From the IMG/VR virus record IMGVR_UViG_3300028048_003124: 64,000 nucleotides of DNA; one strand, 5' to 3'. The notes under the pieces were generated by a model. The model was given only the letters and a program-made list of their open reading frames with translations. It was not told the origin of the DNA and did not search any database. Below, in pieces: positions 47,350 through 57,626 of the stretch. Both the position numbers and the translations under genes were made by a program. This stretch comes from a virus. Lineage: Duplodnaviria > Caudoviricetes. Position 1 is the first letter of the stretch. Every line of letters starts with the position of its first letter.

Positions 47350-50300
47350 TGTTATCGGGAACTTATAACTATAAAGGTCATATATATGGAGTAGAGGCTT
47401 ACGATTTTGGTGACAATATCGTAGCCTTTTTATGTCCAAATACTTCTAAGGACAGGCAATATCTTGATAAGGGTATTCATACTGAAGATTTAGATCTTCC
47501 TGCTCAGTGGGAAAAGTTGTATGTTAAGGTAGGAATTGGTGCTATTTACGCTAGTTGTTACGTCTATGAAGATACTGATGACACTGGTAATAAGATAAAA
47601 TATAAAAATGAGCTAAACCACGAAGTACTAACAAAGTTTGGCTCTATTTTAAGGGGTATGAAAGACTCATGCAACAATAACAAGGTAACGGATGACTTGT
47701 TTGAGACTTTTAACCCTACAAAAATAATCAGATATAAGTTTCCATACGGTATTATGGATCTTGAAATAAGAGTTATAAGACACGTTGAGTATAGGACAGA
47801 GGATGTATTCCTAAACTTAGATGAGGATTATTCCTATGAGACTAAAATCTTCCAGAGCACAAATGTAAACCATAAGTATGCTCTGGATTTATCTGAGTTT
47901 GTTCATAAAAAAGAAGATACAGACTGGGATTTTACTGGTGATGAGGATACCGTTTTCAGTCTTGCAGATATTATTAAGGCTAACCCAGATAAGAGCTATA
48001 AATGGCTTTGGGCAAGAAAGTATTACATTGTAAATGATTTAGAGCAGGCAAAACAGGTCTGTAAGAAGATATGGGACCACAAGGGTATAGTCGCTTTTGA
48101 TACTGAGACCACAGGTCTTGCAGTTAACATCACAAGTAGACAGGGTATTGGCGATAGGCTTGTAGGAATGGTATTTAGTATCAAACCAGGAGTGGCATGG
48201 TATTTTCCGATTAGGCACAAGCTTTTTAAGAACCTGTGTACCGATGCTGACGAAGATGCAATAATTAACAAGTACTTCAAACCTATTTTAGAGGAGAAGG
48301 AGATCCTGTGTCATAATGGTTCTTTCGATTGGAAGGTAATGTACAATTATGGTATCTTCTTGAATTTGGTACAAGATACTATGATACTGTTTAAGATGAC
48401 TATGTGGAATGATCATAGAGATATGAGTCTTGGTCTTAAAAATCTTACGCATACTTTCTTAAATAGGGATAGCTTTGAACTATCAGACTTTGTAAAGGGT
48501 AAGTTTGGAAGCAACAATATTAAGTTCTGGGACTTAGACGAAGAAAGTACAAAGTACTATGCTTGTCCAGATACAGATAATCTAATAGAGTTGTACCAGT
48601 GGTGCTTAGATAACAATCTTTTAAGCAAGTATGGTGCAAAAAAGGTATATCAGATAGAGGTAAACTTTTCTATAGTAATAGCTTATCAAGAGTACTATGG
48701 TCATTGTGTAGATATGTCTAAGATTGGTGCCTTAGTAGAAGACATTAAGAAGACCAAGGAAGATGAGTACCGTGCTATGGTAGCTTTAACTGGTCATGAT
48801 TTTAATCCAAGAAGTAATAAAGAGTTACCCCAGATTATGTACACTGAGCTAGGATACCCGATACTAGGGTATACAAACACGGGTAACCCCTCTTGTGGTA
48901 AAAAGGTAAGGGCTAAGCTGATGGGTGAATATGATGAAAAAGGAGAACCGAAATATCCTTTTGTACATCATTTACATAGATACCTTGAGTCGTGTACTCT
49001 GGAGTCTAACTTTACAAAAAATATCAGTAAGTTTGCAACAGAAGATGGTTTGATGTTCTCTGAGGTACAGCAGTTTTTGGAGACTGGTCGAGTAAGTGTA
49101 TCAAATCCCAACTACCAATCATACAGTGATGTGGTAAAGAAGTACATTGTACCTAGAAACGGCTTCTTTGCTTTGGATGCTGACTATTCTTCTGTTGAAG
49201 CCCGAATAATGGTAAGCATGGCAGGATGTATGGATATGGTCGAGAGAATGAAGGACCCTGACATGGATTATCATACTTTAAAGGCTTCTCAGATGTTTGG
49301 GATTCCTTATGAGTTAGTATCTCACAAACAGAGAAAGATGTCTAAAGGTGTAAACTTTGGTATTCTGTATGGACTTGGTGATCCTAACCTTGGAGCTACT
49401 CTGTATGGTGAAAAGACTCCTGAAAACACTAGGAAGGCGAAAAAGCAAAAAGAGTTGTATTTTAAAGGTATGGAGGAACTGAGAAGCTTTATAGACATTA
49501 GTAAAGCGCAGGGTACATCTCAGCACTTTTCTACAACTCATTTTGGTAGAAGGCGTTATTTTGATCCAAGAAAGGTAAGAACAGACACCATAGAACGCCA
49601 ATCTTGTAATGCTCGAATCCAGGGTACTGCGGCAGACATTTACAAGATTGCTATGGTAAGACTGCTACATCAAGTCAGGAAACTGGATTGGATGGGTAAG
49701 GTTCTTATTTCCGCTTTTGTACATGATGAGTGTTTTCTTGAGGTAAGCAAGTCGTTAGATCCAATTGTTGTACTAAGTGTATTGAGAAAGTGCATGATGC
49801 TTGATAATGATGGATGGTGTCCGTTGTTCATAGGCTGTGGTTTTGGAAGAAACTGGTATGAAGCAAAGAACACAGAGATACCTATTCAAGTGCAAGAGAG
49901 TCTTATTAACAGTTATGGGACTGATGGTTTATCTTGGTGGAATGGTAATACTGCTGAGCTTTGTGATTTCGTAGTAAACGAGATCAATCTCTATGGAAAG
50001 AACAGGGTATTAAATTACTTAAAAGATGAGAACAATAAAGGTAAGGTTTTAAACCCAGCTGTAAACAGTCTTGCTCACGATGTTATAGGAGCGATTAAGT
50101 CTGGTGCTAAAATTGAAGGTTGTGTAGATACTAATATAGAGGAAAAGGAAGATGTAATAGAAAATCTTTTCGAGTTTGGAAAGGCTTTTGGTTGCATTGA
50201 TCTTGTTGAGAAAGCAAACATTTCTAAGCCCAGTCATTCTGAGACTGTTGTAGAGACTTCTGAATACGAAGAAACTGATGAGGTTGAAGAATCCTCTTGG

Positions 50301-50570
50301 AAAGATACTATGATGATGTATATAAATACTATAGGTGTTTATTACAGGCATGGTTCTTTAGATGAGGAAGAGCAAGATGGTATTTACTTCAGATATAAAG
50401 ATACAGAAAAGCCCTTAGTGACATTTTTGTATTCTTATGTTAAGAAGCACACTGGAGATGTACCTATGTTTGCAGTAAAACCTGACGGTACCATATACAA
50501 TGCTAATATGTTGGTGGATAAGCGTGTTTATCCTGAGTTAATAAAAATATATGCAAAACTGAGTAAATAG
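47349..50570 (+). CDS. polA: Family A DNA polymerase with 3'-5' exonuclease and N- and C-terminal extensions
   Basis: Exo motifs AFDTETTGL, HNGSFD, YACPD; polymerase motifs DADYSSVEARI, RKMSKGVNFGILYG, VHDE. Confidence 0.95.
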   Translation: MLSGTYNYKGHIYGVEAYDFGDNIVAFLCPNTSKDRQYLDKGIHTEDLDLPAQWEKLYVKVGIGAIYASCYVYEDTDDTGNKIKYKNELNHEVLTKFGSILRGMKDSCNNNKVTDDLFETFNPTKIIRYKFPYGIMDLEIRVIRHVEYRTEDVFLNLDEDYSYETKIFQSTNVNHKYALDLSEFVHKKEDTDWDFTGDEDTVFSLADIIKANPDKSYKWLWARKYYIVNDLEQAKQVCKKIWDHKGIVAFDTETTGLAVNITSRQGIGDRLVGMVFSIKPGVAWYFPIRHKLFKNLCTDADEDAIINKYFKPILEEKEILCHNGSFDWKVMYNYGIFLNLVQDTMILFKMTMWNDHRDMSLGLKNLTHTFLNRDSFELSDFVKGKFGSNNIKFWDLDEESTKYYACPDTDNLIELYQWCLDNNLLSKYGAKKVYQIEVNFSIVIAYQEYYGHCVDMSKIGALVEDIKKTKEDEYRAMVALTGHDFNPRSNKELPQIMYTELGYPILGYTNTGNPSCGKKVRAKLMGEYDEKGEPKYPFVHHLHRYLESCTLESNFTKNISKFATEDGLMFSEVQQFLETGRVSVSNPNYQSYSDVVKKYIVPRNGFFALDADYSSVEARIMVSMAGCMDMVERMKDPDMDYHTLKASQMFGIPYELVSHKQRKMSKGVNFGILYGLGDPNLGATLYGEKTPENTRKAKKQKELYFKGMEELRSFIDISKAQGTSQHFSTTHFGRRRYFDPRKVRTDTIERQSCNARIQGTAADIYKIAMVRLLHQVRKLDWMGKVLISAFVHDECFLEVSKSLDPIVVLSVLRKCMMLDNDGWCPLFIGCGFGRNWYEAKNTEIPIQVQESLINSYGTDGLSWWNGNTAELCDFVVNEINLYGKNRVLNYLKDENNKGKVLNPAVNSLAHDVIGAIKSGAKIEGCVDTNIEEKEDVIENLFEFGKAFGCIDLVEKANISKPSHSETVVETSEYEETDEVEESSWKDTMMMYINTIGVYYRHGSLDEEEQDGIYFRYKDTEKPLVTFLYSYVKKHTGDVPMFAVKPDGTIYNANMLVDKRVYPELIKIYAKLSK

Positions 50571-50581
50571 GCGGTGAGGTT

Positions 50582-50971
50582 GTGTCTAATGTAAACTTTA
50601 ACGAAAAGATCTATGACGGGTATGATGAGGAAGAGTCTGTTAAAGATATAAAAGGTATTACAGACAAGGTAACAGATTATACTTTTACCGATATTTCTTT
50701 TCCTTGTGTTATATTTAAAAGCGGTTTGCGTTTGGAGAAACATAAGGTAAAGGTAATAAGTAATATGGTAAAGTCAACAACTGGTAGTTTGGGAAAGGAC
50801 ATAACTTTGTACTTTTCTAAAGGAGACAAGCAGTTATACAAGATGGGTATGTTAAGTGGTATTCAGATTAGTTCTTTAATAGAGATTGTTGGTCTTGATA
50901 ACTTAGATGCCTTTTATGACGAGAATACTAGATTAGCTGGAAGTCTGATATACACTTTATGCACCATTTAA
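50582..50971 (+). CDS. Hypothetical protein immediately after the DNA polymerase
   Basis: GAGG RBS, GTG start. Confidence 0.65.
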   Translation: MSNVNFNEKIYDGYDEEESVKDIKGITDKVTDYTFTDISFPCVIFKSGLRLEKHKVKVISNMVKSTTGSLGKDITLYFSKGDKQLYKMGMLSGIQISSLIEIVGLDNLDAFYDENTRLAGSLIYTLCTI

Positions 50972-51254
50972 TTTTATTTTAGCAAGTTTAAGAATTTTTA
51001 ATTAATTCTAAGACTTTAAATCTTGCCGAATTTGAGCTCATTTTTGTATATAAAATACACTGCGATTACGTTCCGATTTTTCCAGATTTTAGGGCTAATT
51101 TTTTGAATGAGTTCTTCTTCGTCCTGTAATTTTTAAAAGTGTTATTTTAGCAAAAATGTATATTAACGTAATAAGAAGATTATATAATACAGTATGCTTT
51201 CAAGAGATCTCTTATTGATTTCTTATAAGTATATAAATAAGTATTGTAATCATA

Positions 51255-51283
51255 TTGACTTTATGTGAGATTTTTGTTAAAAT
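51255..51283 (+). promoter_or_regulatory. SigA-type extended -10 promoter
   Basis: TTGACT-N17-TAAAAT with TG. Confidence 0.75.
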
Positions 51284-51302
51284 ATAGTTAGGTAGAAATG
51301 TT

Positions 51303-52292
51303 ATGGCTATAAGAACAGACATTATAAAAAAGAAAATAGAAAAGAGTGATGGTATGGATATTTTAAAGAGGGATTCTTTGTTAAAACTCAATGAAGGCAT
51401 CATCGTAAAAGGGTATGCGCTGATAACTGGGTATCAGCTCAACCCTCAAAAGAATGGTGGTTTCTATATATCGGGCAATATGCAGGCAGTAGGTCAGGTA
51501 CCTTTTAAAGTATGGTCAGACACGAAACAGGGTAGTCCTTTTATGGAGATGTCCTCTAATTTAGAGGCTTTTAAGGGTGTAATCTGTTATGTCGAGGGAA
51601 AGGTAGATAGGTACAGCGGTACAACTTCTCTTGTTTTGATTGATATAAGAGCTGTAGATGCTGATAATCTTGGTTTGCTTGTATCAGACTTCTTGGAAGA
51701 TGTATATGACATCAATACTTACTGGCAAGCTTTGGTTGGTGTTATAAAGAAAAATTGCGATGAGGATGTACTTGATATGTTCAACAAGATAGTAGATCCC
51801 ATCAGAGAGAAATTTATTACTGAGTTTGCAGCAATCTGGCACCATGATAATTGTAAGTCTGGGCTACTTGCTCATTCTGCAAAGGTAGCGAGAATAGCTA
51901 CTCTTTTGAAGATGTACCCTAATATTATGAAGAGGATTTCCCCCAATATTTTGTATGTGTCTTGTGCATTACATGATATTGGTAAGGTATATGAGTATGC
52001 AACTGGTGCTATCTCATCTGAAGGAACTATGATCTCCCACCATACATTTGGTGTAATCACCTGTGTAAGGAATGAGGAATTGATAACAAGAGTATTAGGA
52101 AGAGATGGTTATCTTACCTTGTTGTCAGTTATTGAGCAACATCATGGTGAGTACGGCGAGAGACCTAGGACTGTAGCCGCTTATGTGGTACATCTTATTG
52201 ACTCGTTGGAAGCCAAGTTAGCGACTGTCGAATCTTTAGTCAAAGATAGTAATGGCGCTCAAATTCAGTACGAGGGTTATAAGCTATCTTAA
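51303..52292 (+). CDS. yhaM: OB-fold + HD domain 3'-5' exonuclease (YhaM/Cbf1 family)
   Basis: AA.WHH....GLLAHS, LHDIGKVYEY, HHG. Confidence 0.85.
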   Translation: MAIRTDIIKKKIEKSDGMDILKRDSLLKLNEGIIVKGYALITGYQLNPQKNGGFYISGNMQAVGQVPFKVWSDTKQGSPFMEMSSNLEAFKGVICYVEGKVDRYSGTTSLVLIDIRAVDADNLGLLVSDFLEDVYDINTYWQALVGVIKKNCDEDVLDMFNKIVDPIREKFITEFAAIWHHDNCKSGLLAHSAKVARIATLLKMYPNIMKRISPNILYVSCALHDIGKVYEYATGAISSEGTMISHHTFGVITCVRNEELITRVLGRDGYLTLLSVIEQHHGEYGERPRTVAAYVVHLIDSLEAKLATVESLVKDSNGAQIQYEGYKLS

Positions 52293-52318
52293 AGTAATTG
52301 AAAGAGGTGTAAACATCA

Positions 52319-55300
52319 ATGTCAGATGCAAATGTACTTGGTGCTTTAGACAAACAGAGCGGTGGCTATAAAAGACCAAGCTTGAATAACATCTTGATAT
52401 ATGGTAGAGTGCGTTGCATAATAAACAGACCAGCTTTAGTTGGAGATTCGATTATTGATGGTGATGGTTTTTATGCTATACTAGATGCTTATGCCTTTAA
52501 GTGCTTAGGTGAGGATTATTTCAGAGATAGTTATTCGTATGATGTTAATAGTATCTACTTTACAAAAGGTAGTATTTTAATATACATTTCAGACCCAACA
52601 TTAGTTGGTAAAGATGTGAAAGTCTATGGTAAGTCTAAGTCTTTTGGTGCAACGATTAGAAGGCAGGCTTCTAGTAATCCCGAAGAGGGTATTTCTGCGT
52701 TTATGTTTGGAGCTCCTCAAAAGTCTTGGAGGGGTAGGACAGTATATCAAATTGTACCTAATACAGTTATTAGGTTGAACGTAAAAGACCCAGACGCAAG
52801 GGGTACTGATTTAGAAGACTTTATAGTGTCTGTATTTGCTATGCAGGGTGGTGAGATACCGTACCCTAAGACATTAGATAGCATTATACCTTATACTGGT
52901 GCAAATATTTACACTGAGATAAGTGTTGACGACATAAAAAGAGCTTCTAAAGGCAAAACAAAAGAGAAAGAGAGAAAGAGCTCTCCATATATCTTTTCTA
53001 CTGGAGATGTTGACGTATCTAAAATAGATATGAAGTTAACTTTCCATTTACAGGGGCAGGAGAGATCTCAGTTTTATGAACCTTTTAAAGAGGATATACA
53101 GTTAAACGCAAAAGCAAGAAAAGATTTTGCTAAAGAAGCTATTTTTGAACTAAGTGAACGAATGAGTTCATACGAGGGTAGCGATTTTTACTGGTTAAAA
53201 GACTCTTTTATAAAAAACATTGTTGATCACCCAGAGAAGAGACTTGGTATAACAAGAACATTGTGCAAACAATACATTCTTGATTTTGTTGATAACTGTT
53301 ATACGGGTGTTTCATTATCCGAAGAGAAGCAGGGTACGAGATATTCAGACGGTCAACTGAGAATGATCAAAGATGGTATAGATAAACTCAAGAAGGGTAT
53401 TCTCTCAGATGCTTCATTATTGTATGGAGACTCAGGAGAGGACGGTATAGACGATATACCTATGCTTTCTGATGATTTTGCTTTTGTGCTGAATGTTATT
53501 TCAGTTTGTTCTGGCATACCTTTTTCCACTATCAGTGGAAACTACTTATACAGTGGTAGAATGGCTGGAATTAACAGAAATTTGTATTTATACTCTTTAT
53601 TAAGATGTCCTTATATTTTAGGAATGATAGGTGTAGGGTTATCTGTAAGTGATTGTGATGTTCTTTACTATTCCTTTGGAAAGGTATTTGGAGCATCAGA
53701 AGACGAAGATTTAAATACTAAATACAGGTCTTATATGATTATGCTAGATACGCTTAGTAATTGTATGGTTGGCGTCTATAAGAAGTATAACAGAGCAGGT
53801 CAGGTAAATACCTTTGTAAAGAGGAAGGACTATGCAAGAGCTGATAAGTGTTATTCTAATAAGGCATTAGGTTTTCTAAGCAGGTATGACTTTGTATCTA
53901 AGCCTGAAAATAAGGCTCTGCTTGAAATGCTATTAGGTAATAAGGTAGAGATCAAGGGTACTGATCTAAACTATATCTTAGATAATAAGTGGTACAGCAA
54001 TGACTTATTTGATGAGCTTGTATCAGCAGGTATCGTAAATACTCTTGACGACTATTGCGCTTTAGAAAGGGTAATTGAGCAAGAGTTTCTAATCTACGAA
54101 ACATTTGAAAGAATGGGTAAGTTGCCTACAGGAATAGTAGATTATACAATAAATGAGGTAATTGATGACTTTGAGAAGGATAGAGGTTTTAAGCTAGAAA
54201 GCCTACAGCGAGAGGGTATTAAACTCTGTAAGTATAGAGCAGGAGTTCTGAGTGGTTGTGCTGGAAGTGGCAAGACGACAACCAGTGATTGTATGACAGA
54301 GGTTTTAAAGACTTTAGGTGATAAGAAGATTATTTATTGCGCACCTACTGGAAAAGCAAGTAGACGTTTAGCTGAGGTCGTACATGGTACTGTAAAGACT
54401 ATACACTCTCAGTTTAATGTAAATATTGGAGGTTCATCATATCTACAGGGTGCTTATAAAAGAAAAGAAGATACACCTGGAGATGGTTCAATATACATTC
54501 TAGATGAGATGGCTATGTGTAGCACTGATTTAATGTACAATATAGCTAAAAATATTACCGAGAAGGATATAATTTACTTCTTAGGTGATGTAAAACAGTT
54601 ACCGCCTATAGGGGGAGGTTGTCCTTTTAAGACTCTAATGACAATATTGCCCTGTGTAGAGCTTGGTGTTAGTAAAAGAGCTGCCGAGGGTAGTCTTGTG
54701 AACTATAATACATCTCTGATAAATTTCATGTCTGATGACGTGGTAGCAGATTTGAAATATGATGGAAAAACATTTATAGATAAGAGTTGCCACGATGTAG
54801 ACATCGCCAATACTGTTAAGTCTGTATTTATCTCTTTCATGGATGGTACTTTAAATGGTATTAAGTATGATGAGGACGATATTCAGGTGATAACAGGGTA
54901 TCAGAAGAAAGAAAAGTTTTCTTCGACATATAGGTTAAATGCGCCAATTCAGGAGTTCCTTAGGAAGAATGATAAGGTCTTATACTACAGAGAGACTAGG
55001 GAACAAGGTGAAAGAAATATTCCTTATTATAAGAACGAAAGAGTTATCTATGTAAATAAAAACAGCTACGATATATGTAGGTATGTACTAGATGATAAGG
55101 GAGTGTTTCACCAAGTACCCACTTTTGGTTGTGTAAACGGAGAAATGGGTAAGTTGGTAGGTATTGTTAATTCTGAACATGCAAACATTGAGGAGTTTGT
55201 TAAAGAGAACACAGTAGCAGGAGAAGGTTTTTATTCAAATGTTTCTGATGAGGACTTAGAAGCAATTGTTGACAGATTTGAATCTCGCCAAGATAGTATG

Positions 55301-55723
55301 CGTGTGGACTCCAGCTTATCTCACAAAGATCATTATTTCTTGCTTATGCAGGTATATGATAGTGACTTAAGACGTGATGTCATCTGCCTGCTTAGGGGTA
55401 GAGCTCATGTTGCTATTACTGGTGAAGTATGTTTATCTGGTACAGATTTAGATAATTTAGCTTTAGCCTATGCTTTAACTTGTCATAAAATGCAAGGTAG
55501 CCAGAGCAAGGTTGTTATTGCTGTATTTGAATCTACTGGAAACCCTGATTTTATAAACAGAAATATGATAAACACCATCATAACTAGAAGTCAGGGTGTT
55601 GTATGTTGTGTAGGATCTGTATCTGGGCAAGACTCAATGCTAAACAGAGGTAGAAGAAAGGTCAGTAAAACTGATAGTAGGGATGTTTTATCTGTATTAT
55701 CGGGTACTGATGATTGGTTATAA
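52319..55723 (+). CDS. recD2: RecD2-like SF1B helicase with long N-terminal region
   Basis: GCAGSGKT, APTGKASRRL, TIHS, DEMAM, GDVKQLPPIG, AYALTCHKMQGSQ, TIITRS. Confidence 0.88.
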   Translation: MSDANVLGALDKQSGGYKRPSLNNILIYGRVRCIINRPALVGDSIIDGDGFYAILDAYAFKCLGEDYFRDSYSYDVNSIYFTKGSILIYISDPTLVGKDVKVYGKSKSFGATIRRQASSNPEEGISAFMFGAPQKSWRGRTVYQIVPNTVIRLNVKDPDARGTDLEDFIVSVFAMQGGEIPYPKTLDSIIPYTGANIYTEISVDDIKRASKGKTKEKERKSSPYIFSTGDVDVSKIDMKLTFHLQGQERSQFYEPFKEDIQLNAKARKDFAKEAIFELSERMSSYEGSDFYWLKDSFIKNIVDHPEKRLGITRTLCKQYILDFVDNCYTGVSLSEEKQGTRYSDGQLRMIKDGIDKLKKGILSDASLLYGDSGEDGIDDIPMLSDDFAFVLNVISVCSGIPFSTISGNYLYSGRMAGINRNLYLYSLLRCPYILGMIGVGLSVSDCDVLYYSFGKVFGASEDEDLNTKYRSYMIMLDTLSNCMVGVYKKYNRAGQVNTFVKRKDYARADKCYSNKALGFLSRYDFVSKPENKALLEMLLGNKVEIKGTDLNYILDNKWYSNDLFDELVSAGIVNTLDDYCALERVIEQEFLIYETFERMGKLPTGIVDYTINEVIDDFEKDRGFKLESLQREGIKLCKYRAGVLSGCAGSGKTTTSDCMTEVLKTLGDKKIIYCAPTGKASRRLAEVVHGTVKTIHSQFNVNIGGSSYLQGAYKRKEDTPGDGSIYILDEMAMCSTDLMYNIAKNITEKDIIYFLGDVKQLPPIGGGCPFKTLMTILPCVELGVSKRAAEGSLVNYNTSLINFMSDDVVADLKYDGKTFIDKSCHDVDIANTVKSVFISFMDGTLNGIKYDEDDIQVITGYQKKEKFSSTYRLNAPIQEFLRKNDKVLYYRETREQGERNIPYYKNERVIYVNKNSYDICRYVLDDKGVFHQVPTFGCVNGEMGKLVGIVNSEHANIEEFVKENTVAGEGFYSNVSDEDLEAIVDRFESRQDSMRVDSSLSHKDHYFLLMQVYDSDLRRDVICLLRGRAHVAITGEVCLSGTDLDNLALAYALTCHKMQGSQSKVVIAVFESTGNPDFINRNMINTIITRSQGVVCCVGSVSGQDSMLNRGRRKVSKTDSRDVLSVLSGTDDWL

Positions 55724-55732
55724 GGTGTTATT

Positions 55733-55978
55733 ATGCTCTCTAGGAAACAAAGAATAGCGAAAAGAAAGGCTAGAATAGCCAAATGGGATGCCTACTGGAA
55801 TGACCCTTATAAAGTTGAATCTATGTCCAACAGTGAGGTATTAGAGAAAAAGAGGGGTTTATTGATACGAGGCATTGTTAGAATAATACTTGGTTTGCTT
55901 ATAATAGCTTTGGTTGTAATTGGATTAGCAATGTTTTGGAATGACATTTTTTATAATCCAAATGGGTGGTTTTTCTAA
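55733..55978 (+). CDS. Small membrane protein
   Basis: Basic N-terminus, one TM helix. Confidence 0.65.
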   Translation: MLSRKQRIAKRKARIAKWDAYWNDPYKVESMSNSEVLEKKRGLLIRGIVRIILGLLIIALVVIGLAMFWNDIFYNPNGWFF

Positions 55979-56739
55979 TGAGTTTATTGTCAAGAGAAGA
56001 ATATCGTGATTATTGTAAGAGGTTTGATATTGTTTGGAAGTACTTGTCCTCTTGTAGTTATGAAGTTAACTCAGTGGTTGAGAAGATATGCGAGTTAAGG
56101 GGTTATAGTCTTGAAGGTAGTATGCCAGAAACTTTAAAAAATATAGGTTTTCTGTATCTTGATAAGGAAGTTTTTGATGAGCAAAAGTTAAAACTGGTTG
56201 ATGCTAAGGGTGACCTAGGGCTGTACTCAACAGAGGGTAAATTCTTATTAACAACCAGATTTATCTTTCCAGTGAAAGATATGTTAGGAAATATTATCGC
56301 CTTGATTGGTTGGTTTCCTGACGAGAAGAAGTATATAACAACTCCCAGCAGGTTATTCAGTAAGCAGGGAATATTTTTCGGGATGGAGCAGCTAAGTGAA
56401 ACTGGAATAGGAAAGAAGTACTTTTTAGTAGAGGGTATTTTTGACTGCATTTCGATTAGGTCTTTAGGTTTTAACTGTGTAGCCTTAATGGGTATTTCTG
56501 CAAACAATAATTCAAAAGTTTTATATACATTATTTAGTAGGTTGGTAGCGATACCTGATAATGATAAACAAGGAAGAAAAGTCATAGAGAATGATTTATG
56601 GGGTATACCAACGAATGCCAGTTATTTACGTTGGAAAAACAACGTAAAGGATATAGATGATATGATAAAATTTTATGACATGTCAAATACTCTATCAGAT
56701 GCTTTAAAAGAAAAAGATAGGGTTTTGGTTATTGACTAG
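55966..56739 (+). CDS. dnaG: DnaG primase catalytic core (RPD/TOPRIM) lacking the zinc finger
   Basis: RFIFPV.D..G.II...G, KY..TP, LVEGIFDCI, VALMG, PDNDKQG, KDIDD. Confidence 0.85.
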   Translation: MVFLMSLLSREEYRDYCKRFDIVWKYLSSCSYEVNSVVEKICELRGYSLEGSMPETLKNIGFLYLDKEVFDEQKLKLVDAKGDLGLYSTEGKFLLTTRFIFPVKDMLGNIIALIGWFPDEKKYITTPSRLFSKQGIFFGMEQLSETGIGKKYFLVEGIFDCISIRSLGFNCVALMGISANNNSKVLYTLFSRLVAIPDNDKQGRKVIENDLWGIPTNASYLRWKNNVKDIDDMIKFYDMSNTLSDALKEKDRVLVID

Positions 56740-56744
56740 GAGGA

Positions 56745-57080
56745 ATGTTGATGAGAGGTAATATTGTCACTGAACTAAGAAATTTCGTGGAGACTGCTTA
56801 CGCTGAAGGTCTTAATGAGATTTTCAGTTTCTCTATAATTGATGGAAAGGATGGTGTTGAGGTAGAGGTAGCTGACTTCAATCTTGACTTTGCTAAACTA
56901 CCAGACACATACGCAAATGCCTACAGAGTAGCGGATACTTGTATGCAGCTCGCGAAGAGCAGATACTCTGATTGCAAAAGTATTAATGCTCTAATTTGCG
57001 ATGAGGTAAAAGAGGAAGTAGTATACATGAAACCCCTATTAAGGGTATTTAATCTAAATGTACCGTTGAAAGAAGGTTGA
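56745..57080 (+). CDS. Hypothetical protein
   Basis: GGAGG RBS. Confidence 0.65.
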   Translation: MLMRGNIVTELRNFVETAYAEGLNEIFSFSIIDGKDGVEVEVADFNLDFAKLPDTYANAYRVADTCMQLAKSRYSDCKSINALICDEVKEEVVYMKPLLRVFNLNVPLKEG

Positions 57081-57610
57081 TTATGGCTATTAAGGGAGAC
57101 GCAATTCTAATAGATGTGCCAGCAAAAGCGGCAACGTATGTTATGAGGCAAGCATTAGATTTGAGTAATCGGATTACGCCTTTATTCACAGATGCATTGC
57201 TCAGGGGAGAGATCTTTCCAGATGTAGGAAATGAAGGCTTCATTAGGGTAAATATACTTGCTTGTAATGAGGAAGGTTCTTTCAAATTACATAGGTTTAG
57301 TATCGATGCCAACAACAGAAGGGTATATACTACAAAACCTACAAAAAACGCTTATGTTGATGCTGCTTCTGGGGTGAAGTTGATGAGAGCTGTATTTGCT
57401 TTCATTGATAGCATAGATGGCAAACTTCCTGCTATAAGTACTGTAAGGTTTGATCTAGGTGTTAGACGATATTTGTCTGCGAAGTACACAGCAGCGACAA
57501 GGGAAGATAATGCGTATGATTTACATATCTGTGCATACTCAAACCAGATAAAGGATGATTATGACTTTTCATCTGCGCAGAAGCTTGCAGGTGTTTTAGC
57601 GATATTCTAA
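57077..57610 (+). CDS. Hypothetical protein
   Basis: Coupled ORF. Confidence 0.65.
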   Translation: MIMAIKGDAILIDVPAKAATYVMRQALDLSNRITPLFTDALLRGEIFPDVGNEGFIRVNILACNEEGSFKLHRFSIDANNRRVYTTKPTKNAYVDAASGVKLMRAVFAFIDSIDGKLPAISTVRFDLGVRRYLSAKYTAATREDNAYDLHICAYSNQIKDDYDFSSAQKLAGVLAIF

Positions 57611-57626
57611 GAGAAGGTGATAACTA

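Noticed and set aside
47349-55723. Inteins or introns explaining the large polymerase and RecD2 ORFs
   Set aside because: No C/S...HN-C/S/T splice junctions or LAGLIDADG blocks seen; the extra length is in terminal extensions
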